A stretch of 64,000 nt of DNA from Chloroflexota bacterium. Its GTDB lineage: Bacteria; Chloroflexota; Dehalococcoidia; Bin125. Positions 53,659 to 62,929 of this stretch are shown one piece after another. The position numbers and the translations under genes were made by a program. The number at the start of each line of letters is the position of its first letter. Position 1 is the stretch's first letter. Location of the stretch: the NCBI GenBank assembly GCA_026707145.1, contig JAPOXK010000021.1, positions 311,526 through 375,525 of the forward strand, given 5' to 3'. The notes below the pieces were generated by a model. That model made no database searches, had not been told where the DNA came from, and saw only the letters and a list, made by a program, of their open reading frames with translations.

Positions 53659-56421
53659 TTAAGCCAAGTGATAAGGCTTCATGTCGCCCCAGTTGGAGCC
53701 GCTCTTGAGATCGATCTTGAGCGGGACGATCATCTCGATCGCGTTGGGCATGATCGCTTGCAGCAGCACGGCGATCTCGGGCACTTCAGCCTCGGGGAGC
53801 TCGAAGATCAATTCGTCGTGGACGGACAGGACCATGCGGCAGGCCGTGTTGCGCTCGGCGAGAGCAGCAGCGATCTGGAGCATGGCGCGCTTGATGACGT
53901 CGGCGCCGGTGCCCTGCACGGGCATGTTGACGGCGACGCGCTCGGCAGCGGCGCGGATTTGAAAGTTGGGTGAGCGGATCTCGGGGACGTAACGCCGCCG
54001 GCCGAGCAGGGTTTCAGCGTAGCCGCGCTCCTTGGTAGAAACCTTGGTCTCCTCCAGCCATTCGGCTACGCGTGCGAAGCGGCCGAAATACGCGTCGATG
54101 AAGCCGCGGGCCTCCTTGCGACCCATGCCAGAACGCTGGGCAAGGCCGAAGTCGGTGAGACCGTAGATCACGCCGAAGTTCATCATCTTGGCGATCCGGC
54201 GCATCTCCGGGGTGACGGCTGCTGGGTCGACACCGTAGGTGGCAGCGGCAGTCGCAGCGTGGATGTCCTCGTCGCGGTGGAAGGCTTCGATCAGGTGCGC
54301 GTCCTCAGAGAGATGGGCGAGCACGCGCAGCTCGATCTGGGAGTAATCGGCGGCGAGAAAGACCGCATCCTCGCTATTTCGAGGGACAAAGGCGCGACGG
54401 ATGGCGCGGCCGGTCTCCGTGCGAACGGGAATGTTCTGGAGATTGGGATTCTCCGACGAGAGCCGCCCCGTGGCAGCGACCGCTTGGTTGTAGTCGGTGT
54501 GGATGCGACCGGTGACGGGATGAACAAGCGCGGGGAGCGTATCAATATAGGTCGACTTGAGTTTGCTGACCTCACGGTACTGCAGGATCTGTTCGACGAT
54601 GGGATGGAGGCCGATCAGCCGTTCGAGTGCACGCGCGTCGGTGCTGTAGCCATGCGTAACCTTTCGACTCTTCGGCAGCCCCAGCTCCTCGAAGAGGATC
54701 TGACTGAGCTGCTTGGGCGAGCCGATGTTGAATTCGTGGCCAGCGGATCGGTATACGGCTCGCTGGTACTGGTCTATCTCTTTCTCTAGCTCCGCAGCCA
54801 TCGCCCTGATCGCGTCCCCATCCAGGGCAACGCCCAGCAGCTCCATCTCCGCCAGCACGGCGCTGAGCGGCAGCTCGACCTCGGTATACAGCCGATGGAT
54901 CTGCGGCTCCTCGTCGAAGCGCGTGGCGCAGTCGGCTTGAAGACGGAGGATGAAATCGGCGTCCCTACAGCCGTACTCCGCCGCCGCCGCCGCCGGCGCG
55001 TCGCAGAGGGAGATCTGCTTCTGACCGGTACCAAGAAGTCTCGTCAGCAAGGGGATCTCGTGCGCGAAACGCTCCAACACCAGCGCGTGCAGGGTCACCG
55101 AAGGCTCCCCTAACAGATAGGCGCCCAGCATGGTGTCGTCCTGCACGCCCCGCAGCGTGACACCGCACCGTTGTAGAAGCTTGGTAGCGAACTTGGCGTT
55201 GTGAAGCACCTTAGGGCGCGACGCGTCCTCGAATAACGGCCTGAGGAGATCGAGTGCGTACCCCGGGGTGATCTGGGACTCACCGTCAGAAGCGTGAGCA
55301 ACGGGGACGTAGACGGCTTTGCCGGGCCGATCCGCCAGCGCATAGCCAGCGATTTCGGCCCGCATCGCGTCCTCGCCGGCAGTGGCGATACTCACGGCGA
55401 CCAGGGGCGCGCTGGCAGTGGCGTCGAGCCAAGCCCGCAGATCTTCATCTGTGCGAAGCACCTTGTAGTCGTCGTCGATGGCAACCTCTTCGGTGCTACG
55501 TGATGTGGTGCCTTTTCGGGGACCGGCCTCTGGCAGGCGAGTGATGAGGCTGCGGAATTCGAGGTTGCGGAAGAGCTCGATGACAGCGCCGCGGTCGTAG
55601 TCCTGCAGCTCGGCGCCATCAATGTCGAGCTCTACGGGCACGTCGTGGCGGATGGTCGCCATCTCTTTCGAGTGGAAGGCGGCGGCGCGATTTTCGGTCA
55701 GGGCTTTCTGTGCCCGTGCCGGCGTCACTTCGTCGAGGTGGTCGTAGATCGCCTCGATCGTGGGGTACTGATTCAGAAGTTTGACGGCGGTCTTCTCGCC
55801 GATGCCCGGAACGCCGGGGATGTTGTCCGAGGCATCGCCCTTGAGGCCCTTGAAGTCGATCATTTGCGGCGGATCGATGCCGTAGCGATCACGGACACGC
55901 TCCGCACTGTCGTAGAGCACCGTGTCGCGCTGGTACGGCCGGTACATGAACACATTGATGCTGGGGCGGACGAGTTGGAGGAGATCACTGTCGAGAGTGG
56001 CGATCCAGGTCTCGATACCGGCCGCCGCGCTCTGATCGGCGAGGGTGGCGAGCACGTCATCTGCCTCGAAGCCAGGAACCTCGTAGATCGGAATGTTGAA
56101 CGCCTTGATAACGTCAATAGTCCGCTCAATCTGCGGGGGGAGATCGTCCGGGGTCTCTTGGCGGTGCGCCTTATAGGTGGCGTCGGCTTCGTGACGGAAG
56201 GTGGGGCCCGGCGGGTCCATCGCCACGGCAATATGCGTCGGATGGAGCTCATCAATGACGCGCAGAAGCGTGTTGGTAAAGCCGTAAACCGCCGTAACGG
56301 TTTCCCCCGTGCGCTGGACGATCAGGGGCTCGCGGACGGCGAAGTAGGCTCGGTAGATGATGCCGTGGCCATCAAGGATGACAAGCCGGCCCGCGTTCTG
56401 TCCCTTAGCAGCCAGCACCAT
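53659..56421 (-). CDS. polA: DNA polymerase I
   Basis: 920 aa. It has a 5' nuclease domain (ILDGHGIIYRAYFA), a 3'-5' exo-like domain, and polymerase motifs A (DYSQIELR), B (RRIAKMMNFGVIYG) and C (VHDE). Confidence 0.9.
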   Translation of the reverse strand: MVLAAKGQNAGRLVILDGHGIIYRAYFAVREPLIVQRTGETVTAVYGFTNTLLRVIDELHPTHIAVAMDPPGPTFRHEADATYKAHRQETPDDLPPQIERTIDVIKAFNIPIYEVPGFEADDVLATLADQSAAAGIETWIATLDSDLLQLVRPSINVFMYRPYQRDTVLYDSAERVRDRYGIDPPQMIDFKGLKGDASDNIPGVPGIGEKTAVKLLNQYPTIEAIYDHLDEVTPARAQKALTENRAAAFHSKEMATIRHDVPVELDIDGAELQDYDRGAVIELFRNLEFRSLITRLPEAGPRKGTTSRSTEEVAIDDDYKVLRTDEDLRAWLDATASAPLVAVSIATAGEDAMRAEIAGYALADRPGKAVYVPVAHASDGESQITPGYALDLLRPLFEDASRPKVLHNAKFATKLLQRCGVTLRGVQDDTMLGAYLLGEPSVTLHALVLERFAHEIPLLTRLLGTGQKQISLCDAPAAAAAEYGCRDADFILRLQADCATRFDEEPQIHRLYTEVELPLSAVLAEMELLGVALDGDAIRAMAAELEKEIDQYQRAVYRSAGHEFNIGSPKQLSQILFEELGLPKSRKVTHGYSTDARALERLIGLHPIVEQILQYREVSKLKSTYIDTLPALVHPVTGRIHTDYNQAVAATGRLSSENPNLQNIPVRTETGRAIRRAFVPRNSEDAVFLAADYSQIELRVLAHLSEDAHLIEAFHRDEDIHAATAAATYGVDPAAVTPEMRRIAKMMNFGVIYGLTDFGLAQRSGMGRKEARGFIDAYFGRFARVAEWLEETKVSTKERGYAETLLGRRRYVPEIRSPNFQIRAAAERVAVNMPVQGTGADVIKRAMLQIAAALAERNTACRMVLSVHDELIFELPEAEVPEIAVLLQAIMPNAIEMIVPLKIDLKSGSNWGDMKPYHLA

Positions 56422-56516
56422 CGCCGCCGACTCTTTCGAGGCCGCATTGCCGCCCGTGGAAGGGTGGTGGCTTGCGGCGGAAGGCCTTCGCCGTGGTGGT
56501 ACGCGCCATTACGGGC

Positions 56517-56544
56517 TTGACGGAGGTCACGCACGAAGTATACG
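56517..56544 (+). promoter_or_regulatory. candidate sigma70-type promoter for uvrA (TTGACG-N16-TATACG)
   Basis: A -35-like TTGACG lies at about 56517-56522 and a -10-like TATACG at about 56539-56544. They sit 118 nt upstream of the uvrA GTG, which has an AAAGGAG RBS. Confidence 0.25.
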
Positions 56545-56661
56545 GGCAGGAGGGAGGCCCCGCGTTGCGCGCCGGTATTCGGTCGAGCGCGACAGAGGAC
56601 GACCGCAAGGCAGTGGTAGGCTCGTGCTCTGAGACGCCATTCACCAGGTAAAGGAGTATCT

Positions 56662-59600
56662 GTGCCGCTGGACCGGATCGTCGTTCGCGGCGCGCGCGAG
56701 CACAATCTCAAGAATATCGACGTCACGATCCCGCGCAACCAGCTCGTGGTGATCACGGGCGTCTCGGGATCTGGTAAGTCCTCATTGGCATTCGACACGA
56801 TCTACGCGGAGGGGCAACGGCGCTACGTCGAGTCGCTCTCAGCGTACGCGCGGCAGTTCCTGGGACAGATGGAGAAGCCCGACGTCGACTACATTGAAGG
56901 GCTGTCCCCCGCGATCTCGATCGACCAGAAGTCGCGCAGTCACAATCCCCGCTCCACGGTTGGCACCGTCACAGAGATTTATGACTACTTGCGACTGCTG
57001 TTCGCGCGTGCCGGGCAACCGCACTGCCCCAAGTGCGATAAGCCGATCACCCGCCAGACGGTCCAGCAGATGGTCGACAGCATCCTAGAGCTGGCGCCCG
57101 GCAGTCGCCTATTGGTGCTCGCACCCGTCATCAAAGACCGCAAAGGGGAGCATACCCAGGTCTTCACAAGCGCTCGCCAAAGCGGGTTCGTTCGTGTGCG
57201 GGTCGACGGGGAAGTGCAGTCGCTGGACGAGGAGATCTCCCTGGCGAAGAACCGCCGCCACACGATCGATATCGTGGTCGATCGTGTCGTCCTACCGGCG
57301 GTGGAGAACGAGGAAGCGCGTACGGCGCTCGCCGGACGCTTGACGGACAGTGTTGAGCAGGCATTGAAGCTGGGGGCTGGCTCGATGCAGGTCGCAGCGG
57401 TAGGGAGTGCGGAGCAGCTCTTCTCGGAAGCGCTCGCCTGTCCAGAGGATGGCTACTCGCTCGGCGAGATCGCGCCGCGGAACTTCTCCTTCAATAGCCC
57501 ACACGGCGCTTGTCGCGATTGCACCGGTCTGGGGCAGAAGATGGAGGTTGACCCCGAACTGGTCATCCCGAACCCCGACCTCTCGCTCAGCGAGGGTGCG
57601 ATCGTGCCCTGGACGCGGGCAGCAACGACCACAGCTTGGTACGGCCGGCTGTTGGAGGCGGTCGGCGAGGCGTACGGCTTCGACTCGAAGACCCCGATCA
57701 CCGAGCTGCCCGCCGACGCGCTTGATGTGATTCTGTACGGCTCCGACGAAGAGATCGAAGTGCGCTACCGAAGTCAGGCGGGCCGCAGCCATCGCTATAA
57801 GACGGCCTACGAGGGTGTGGTGCCCAATCTCATGCGCCGGTATGGGGGGACCGATTCCGAGTGGCAGCGGAGCGAGATCGAGCGCTACATGACCGCAGTG
57901 CCGTGCCCGGCCTGCCGGGGAGCGCGTCTGCGGCCCGAAACGCTTGCGGTTCTCATTGATGGGATCAACATCACAGACGTGACGGCGATGTCCGTCCGTC
58001 AGTCGCAAGCCTGGGCGGAGCGGATGGCGAGTGCAGACACCCCGCTCAACGCGCGCGAACAACTGATCGCACGGCAGATCCTCAAAGAGATTCGCGAGCG
58101 ACTGACGTTTCTCGTCGACGTGGGGCTGGATTACTTAACGCTCGAGCGCGCCGCCGGCACGCTAAGCGGCGGCGAGTCGCAGCGTATCCGGCTGGCGACG
58201 CAGATTGGGTCGTCGTTGTTGGGAGTGCTCTACGTCTGCGACGAACCGTCGATCGGTCTGCACCCGCTGGACGACGACCGATTAATTCGCACACTCCAGC
58301 ACCTGCGTGACGTCGGCAACACGGTGCTGATCGTCGAACACGACGAGGCAACGATGCTGGCCGCGGACCATATCATCGACATGGGCCCGGGCGCCGGGGA
58401 GCAGGGGGGCGAAATCGTCGCGGAGGGCACGCCCGAGCAGATCATGGCGCAGCCCCAGTCACTGACGGGTGCCTACCTAGCGCAACGTGAGCAGATCCCC
58501 CTACCGGCATCGCGCCGGCAGGGCAATGGCCAAACGCTGAAAGTGCTCGGGGCAGCGGAGCACAACCTCCAAGGGATCGACGTGACGCTCCCACTGGGCA
58601 CGTTCATCTGCGTGACCGGCGTGAGCGGATCGGGCAAGAGCACGCTCGTCGAGGCGATCTTGTATCGGAAAGTGGCGCAATACCTGCACAACTCCAAGCT
58701 GCGTCCCGGCAAAGTCCGCAAGATCGAAGGTCTGCGGCATATCGACAAGATCATCGATATCGACCAATCGCCGATCGGACGGACGCCGAGGTCGAATCCA
58801 GCGACCTACACAGGCGTGTTCACGCCGGTGCGAGAGCTGTTCGCATCGGTCCCGGAGTCGCGGGCGCGCGGCTACAAGCCGGGACGCTTCTCGTTCAACG
58901 TCAAGGGTGGGCGCTGCGAAGCCTGCCGGGGGGACGGCTATAACACGATCGAGATGCAATTCCTCCCCGACGTGAGCGTGCCGTGCGAGATCTGCCGGGG
59001 GAAGCGCTACAACCGCGAGGCGCTGGAGATCTTATACAAGGGCAAGTCGATCGCCGAGGTCCTCGACATGACCGTCGATGAGGCGGCGGAGTTCTTTGAC
59101 GCCCTGCCGGCAGTCCGGCGCCGGTTGAGGACGATCCAGGCCGTGGGACTCGGCTATATCAAACTGGGGCAACCAGCGACCACGTTGTCCGGAGGGGAAG
59201 CGCAGCGGGTCAAACTCAGCACGGAGCTCTCGAAGCGCAACACCGGCCGGACTCTCTACTTGCTGGACGAGCCCACGACTGGGCTGTCGTTCCACGACAC
59301 GGCAGCGCTCTTGCGGGTCCTGCAAGAGTTAGTCGACGGAGGGAACACCGTCGTGGTCATCGAGCACCATTTGGACGTGATCAAAAACGCCGACTACATT
59401 ATTGATCTCGGGCCGGGCGGAGGAGCCAACGGCGGGCGCTTGGTCGCGACGGGCACACCTGAAGCGATCGCAGCGAATCCAAACAGCCACACCGGGCGGT
59501 TCTTAGCATCGAAGCTGGAAAGGTCGGGAGGAAACGCAACGACGGAAGCGAGTGGCGCCGCGCTGGACGACCGGTTATCCGAGCGCGGGAACGGCCATTC

Positions 59601-59667
59601 GCGGGTGCGCCAAGGACGGCAGCAGGGCGAGAAGCGCGGGCCCAAGCAGCGAGTCCGAGCGACCTAA
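56662..59667 (+). CDS. uvrA: excinuclease ABC subunit A
   Basis: 1001 aa. It has two ABC ATPase modules ([12 protein letters not shown]; [11 protein letters not shown]), zinc fingers ([21 protein letters not shown]) and an LSGGE signature, doubled. Confidence 0.9.
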   Translation: MPLDRIVVRGAREHNLKNIDVTIPRNQLVVITGVSGSGKSSLAFDTIYAEGQRRYVESLSAYARQFLGQMEKPDVDYIEGLSPAISIDQKSRSHNPRSTVGTVTEIYDYLRLLFARAGQPHCPKCDKPITRQTVQQMVDSILELAPGSRLLVLAPVIKDRKGEHTQVFTSARQSGFVRVRVDGEVQSLDEEISLAKNRRHTIDIVVDRVVLPAVENEEARTALAGRLTDSVEQALKLGAGSMQVAAVGSAEQLFSEALACPEDGYSLGEIAPRNFSFNSPHGACRDCTGLGQKMEVDPELVIPNPDLSLSEGAIVPWTRAATTTAWYGRLLEAVGEAYGFDSKTPITELPADALDVILYGSDEEIEVRYRSQAGRSHRYKTAYEGVVPNLMRRYGGTDSEWQRSEIERYMTAVPCPACRGARLRPETLAVLIDGINITDVTAMSVRQSQAWAERMASADTPLNAREQLIARQILKEIRERLTFLVDVGLDYLTLERAAGTLSGGESQRIRLATQIGSSLLGVLYVCDEPSIGLHPLDDDRLIRTLQHLRDVGNTVLIVEHDEATMLAADHIIDMGPGAGEQGGEIVAEGTPEQIMAQPQSLTGAYLAQREQIPLPASRRQGNGQTLKVLGAAEHNLQGIDVTLPLGTFICVTGVSGSGKSTLVEAILYRKVAQYLHNSKLRPGKVRKIEGLRHIDKIIDIDQSPIGRTPRSNPATYTGVFTPVRELFASVPESRARGYKPGRFSFNVKGGRCEACRGDGYNTIEMQFLPDVSVPCEICRGKRYNREALEILYKGKSIAEVLDMTVDEAAEFFDALPAVRRRLRTIQAVGLGYIKLGQPATTLSGGEAQRVKLSTELSKRNTGRTLYLLDEPTTGLSFHDTAALLRVLQELVDGGNTVVVIEHHLDVIKNADYIIDLGPGGGANGGRLVATGTPEAIAANPNSHTGRFLASKLERSGGNATTEASGAALDDRLSERGNGHSRVRQGRQQGEKRGPKQRVRAT

Positions 59668-59884
59668 ACCGGCAAGCAACCAAGAAGCGAACGCCCGGCG
59701 CCGCGAGCATTTCGCCGACGATCCAAACCAGCCGCGCGCGGCCAAGAATGAGGAAAGTCTACGAACCGCTGCGTTCTTCGTGGCGGGATCGGAGGTGCCG
59801 TCCCCGTTTTCCATGCGCCCGATCAGCCTGATCGCCCACACGCCGCAGCCGAATTTAACATTCGAGGAAACCACACGACGGCAG

Positions 59885-59912
59885 TTGCCTAGACAGTGGC
59901 TCGGGTATATAA
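59885..59912 (+). promoter_or_regulatory. candidate promoter for the ferredoxin gene (TTGCCT-N16-TATATA)
   Basis: A -35-like TTGCCT lies at 59885-59890 and a -10-like TATATAA at 59906-59912. They sit about 60 nt upstream of the ferredoxin ATG, with a GGGGAGA RBS. Confidence 0.3.
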
Positions 59913-59971
59913 GAGGGAACGGAGCCGGTCGAACCCCGGACGGGAGCGACGTTCGGGAGCGGGGAGAAGCT

Positions 59972-60256
59972 ATGACGTACGTCATCACCGAGCCATGTAT
60001 CGATGTGAAAGACCAGTCCTGCGTAGAGGTATGCCCCGTTGACTGCATCCACGACGATGGCGACGACGATCGGATCCTCTACATCCATCCGGATGAGTGC
60101 ATTGACTGTGGCGCTTGTGAGCCCGCTTGTCCCGTGACGGCGATCTTCGCTGAGGATGACGTACCCGAAGAGTGGGCCGGCTACACGGCAATCAATGCTG
60201 ATTGGTACGAAGACAAAGACGGCGCCCGTGCCAAGGTCGCGGAGATCGCCCCTTAG
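59972..60256 (+). CDS. fdxA: 7Fe (3Fe-4S plus 4Fe-4S) ferredoxin, FdxA type
   Basis: 94 aa, MTYVITEPCIDVKDQSCVEVCPVDCIHDD...CIDCGACEPACP. It has the CxxxxxxxCxxxCP and CxxCxxCxxxCP motifs. The listed ORF starts at 59552, but the RBS and homology support the ATG at 59972. Confidence 0.85.
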   Translation: MTYVITEPCIDVKDQSCVEVCPVDCIHDDGDDDRILYIHPDECIDCGACEPACPVTAIFAEDDVPEEWAGYTAINADWYEDKDGARAKVAEIAP

Positions 60257-60293
60257 CAACCCGTCCTTCCGCCCTCGCCTCCGACCCGCTTTC

Positions 60294-61076
60294 TCAGCGG
60301 CGTCCCACGCTACTCCCCAGCGGCACTCGCGCCCAGCGGACGCCGGTCTCGGGACCGCAGTCCACAACGATGGCCGCCATCTCGAACTCTCGCCGCGCGA
60401 GTGGTACCGGTGCACCCGAATACACCGCGACCACTGGCTCACTGGCCACATCGGCATGGTGTTCCCAGTGTCCGAGCGCGACGTAGTCCCAGCCGCTCCT
60501 GTCGATCTGGCTCGGCTCGATCAGCATGGAGCGATGGGCGTCGCCCGGACCGCGGACGAGGTGGCCGTGCGCAAGCGCAACATGCCATGAGGCCGAATCC
60601 TCACGGGCGGGCAGACCATCCAGAGGGCGGAAGTCCAGATCCGACTCGTGGAATCCTCGGCCCCAGCAAACCAACCCCAGATCTGGCAACGTGAACGTCT
60701 CGCCTTCCTCTTCCAAGAGAAATGTGAGGTTTTCGACGCCCGCCAGATCGTGGCGCGTATAGACGGAACCGTACCCCAAGGCATCGTGGTTGCCGTTGAT
60801 CGCAACCACCGCCGTTGGCGCAATGGCAGCGCAGCGATCAAGAAACCACTCCACCGTTTCGGCCTGGGCACGATTGGAATCGAAGATGTCTCCAGCGATG
60901 AGCAGCGCGTCTGCCTTCGCCTCTTGCGTCAGGGACAGGACGGCTTCGAAACCCACACGGATCTGCGCGCGCCGATCGACCCATATGGGATCATCGACGC
61001 CGACATAGGCGTCGAGGTGCAGGTCGGAAGTATGGACGAAGCGGAGTGGCCGCTGCGGCATGAGAGAAGCTAGCAC
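60294..61076 (-). CDS. metallophosphoesterase (calcineurin-like phosphoesterase) family protein
   Basis: 260 aa. It has the signature blocks FVHTSDLHLD (DxH), IAGDIFD (GD), INGNHD (GNHD/E) and, further on, GHWEH. Confidence 0.7.
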   Translation of the reverse strand: MLASLMPQRPLRFVHTSDLHLDAYVGVDDPIWVDRRAQIRVGFEAVLSLTQEAKADALLIAGDIFDSNRAQAETVEWFLDRCAAIAPTAVVAINGNHDALGYGSVYTRHDLAGVENLTFLLEEEGETFTLPDLGLVCWGRGFHESDLDFRPLDGLPAREDSASWHVALAHGHLVRGPGDAHRSMLIEPSQIDRSGWDYVALGHWEHHADVASEPVVAVYSGAPVPLARREFEMAAIVVDCGPETGVRWARVPLGSSVGRR

Positions 61077-62395
61077 TCCAAGCGCATACGCAGCGCATCG
61101 ACCAGATCCTCTACCCGCACGCGTTCCTGTGCCTGATCATCGCGATCGCGGATCGTGACTGCGTGGTCATCAAGGGAATCAAAGTCGACCGTGACGCAAC
61201 AAGGGGTGCCGAGCTCGTCCTGACGCCGGTAGCGGCGGCCGATACTCTGGCTGTCGTCATACTGCGTAGCCCAGTGGGAGCGCACGCGGCTCCAGACGTT
61301 GCGCGCCATCTCGACTAAGGGCTGCTTGCGGCTAAGCGGCAGCACTCCAACTTTGTAAGGCGCCAGCCGTGGGTGAAACTTGAGGACGACGCGATCATTG
61401 CCGTTTTCGTCTGGTTCGACCGTGTAGGCGTCGACCAGGAAGGCCAGCAAGGCTCGATCGGCGCCGGCAGATGGCTCGATCACATAGGGAACGACATGCT
61501 GACCGCTTTCTTGATCGAAGTAGGAGAGCCGCTGGCCGCTGGCTTCGGCATGGGCCTTGAGATCGAAGTCGGTGCGGTTGGCGATCCCTTCGAGCTCGGC
61601 CCATCCTTGAGGGAAGCGATATTCCAAGTCCGTGGTGCCGGCGGAGTAGTGGGAAAGCTCTTCCTGGGGATGAACGCGCCGACGGAGATTCTCAGCGCGC
61701 AGACCCAGATCCACGTACCACTGCTCGCGAATCTCGATCCAGCGCGTGTACCACTCGGCAGCCGTATCCGGATGGACGAAGAACTCGATCTCCATCTGCT
61801 CGAACTCGCGCGTGCGGAAGATGAAGTTTCCGGGCGTGATCTCGTTTCGGAAAGCTTTGCCCTGCTGCGCGATGCCGAAGGGGAGCCGACGACGAGTCGC
61901 TGTCAGCACATTGCCAAAGTTGACGAAGATCCCCTGCGCCGTCTCGGGACGCAGATAGGCCAACGCGCCCTCGTCCTCCACGGGACCAACATGCGTTTTG
62001 AACATCAGGTTGAACTGCCGAGCACTGGTGAAGCCTTCGCTCGAACCACAGGTTGGACAAGCGTCTTGCTGCAGTTCGTCTTCACGAAAGCGTTGCTTAC
62101 AGCTCAGGCAGTCGACCAAGGGATCGCTGAAACTCGCGACGTGGCCGCTGGTCTCCCAGACGCTGGGTGACATCAGAATGGCCGCATCCAAGCCGACGAT
62201 GTCATCACGCTGGCGGACCATGCTGCGCCACCAGGCATCCTTCACATTGCGCTTGAGCTCAACGCCCACGGGGCCGTAGTCCCAGGTAGATCCGAAACCC
62301 CCATAGATCTCGCTGCTCGGGAAGATGAAGCCCCGGCGCTTGGCCAGCGAGACGATCGCCTCCATCTTGACGCTGGCGGGCGTATCAGTGGTCAC
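61070..62395 (-). CDS. glyQS: glycine--tRNA ligase (homodimeric alpha2 class II type)
   Basis: 441 aa. It has FIFPSSEIYGGFGSTWDYGPVGVELKRN and the class II motifs. Confidence 0.9.
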   Translation of the reverse strand: MTTDTPASVKMEAIVSLAKRRGFIFPSSEIYGGFGSTWDYGPVGVELKRNVKDAWWRSMVRQRDDIVGLDAAILMSPSVWETSGHVASFSDPLVDCLSCKQRFREDELQQDACPTCGSSEGFTSARQFNLMFKTHVGPVEDEGALAYLRPETAQGIFVNFGNVLTATRRRLPFGIAQQGKAFRNEITPGNFIFRTREFEQMEIEFFVHPDTAAEWYTRWIEIREQWYVDLGLRAENLRRRVHPQEELSHYSAGTTDLEYRFPQGWAELEGIANRTDFDLKAHAEASGQRLSYFDQESGQHVVPYVIEPSAGADRALLAFLVDAYTVEPDENGNDRVVLKFHPRLAPYKVGVLPLSRKQPLVEMARNVWSRVRSHWATQYDDSQSIGRRYRRQDELGTPCCVTVDFDSLDDHAVTIRDRDDQAQERVRVEDLVDALRMRLEC

Positions 62396-62479
62396 CCGTA
62401 ATGGCCTCCGCTCGGTGCTCGCCCCACGCTATCAGCGGCCCGATCGTCCGGGCAATCACTCGAGAGGCAGCGGGAGGCG

Positions 62480-62508
62480 TTGACCGGGATGGCAGCCCTG
62501 AGTAGGTT
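62480..62508 (+). promoter_or_regulatory. candidate promoter (TTGACC-N17-TAGGTT) preceding a small ORF
   Basis: TTGACC lies at 62480-62485 and TAGGTT at 62503-62508. A GGAGAG RBS at 62526-62531 sits 4 nt before the ATG at 62535. Confidence 0.3.
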
Positions 62509-62534
62509 GCGAGGCGCGGTTGAACGGAGAGCAG

Positions 62535-62675
62535 ATGCGGTTCCTGATCGGATTCGTGCTCGGGGTGACACTCGGCGCTGTGGCCGTGACGCTGGCGACG
62601 GGACAAGCAGGCGCGCTGCTGCGCGCCCAACTCGCGCAGCAGCGCGCGGAATGGACACTATTCGACGAATCCTGA
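62535..62675 (+). CDS. candidate small membrane protein (46 aa): MRFLIGFVLGVTLGAVAVTLATGQAGALLRAQLAQQRAEWTLFDES
   Basis: It has a good RBS and promoter-like hexamers, plus one predicted TM helix followed by an amphipathic/charged tail. It lies in a 530-nt gap between glyQS and the pyrophosphatase gene. It falls below the ORF-track length cutoff. Confidence 0.35.
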   Translation: MRFLIGFVLGVTLGAVAVTLATGQAGALLRAQLAQQRAEWTLFDES

Positions 62676-62929
62676 CGTTCGTCATCGTGGTTGAAAGCCG
62701 CACCGCCACGGCGAGCGGCGCGGCTCAACAGGTCCGTCTACTAGGAATCGAGCAGCACAAGCGGTTTCCCGCGTCCGACACCGGACGATCCTTGCCATCC
62801 GTGTAAGGCGTGGGCAGCCAATGTCATCATCGATCTTTGGCACAGGACGTATGCGAGGACGGGCGGAACTCCTGCAGTACGCCCCCTACCGCGATTGGGT
62901 GCAACCGCTGCGGCGCTTCACGGAGCACG

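Noticed and set aside
59900-59960. A tRNA-like T-arm (ccgg-tcgaacc-ccgg) in the ferredoxin leader.
   Set aside because: No acceptor-stem complement or anticodon arm in the right register. The loop does not match the GTTCRANYC consensus. It is more likely part of the mRNA leader.
62480-62806. A listed 108-aa ORF between glyQS and the pyrophosphatase gene.
   Set aside because: It is Arg/Ala-rich with no start context. A shorter ORF in a different frame, with an RBS and promoter hexamers, explains the region better.
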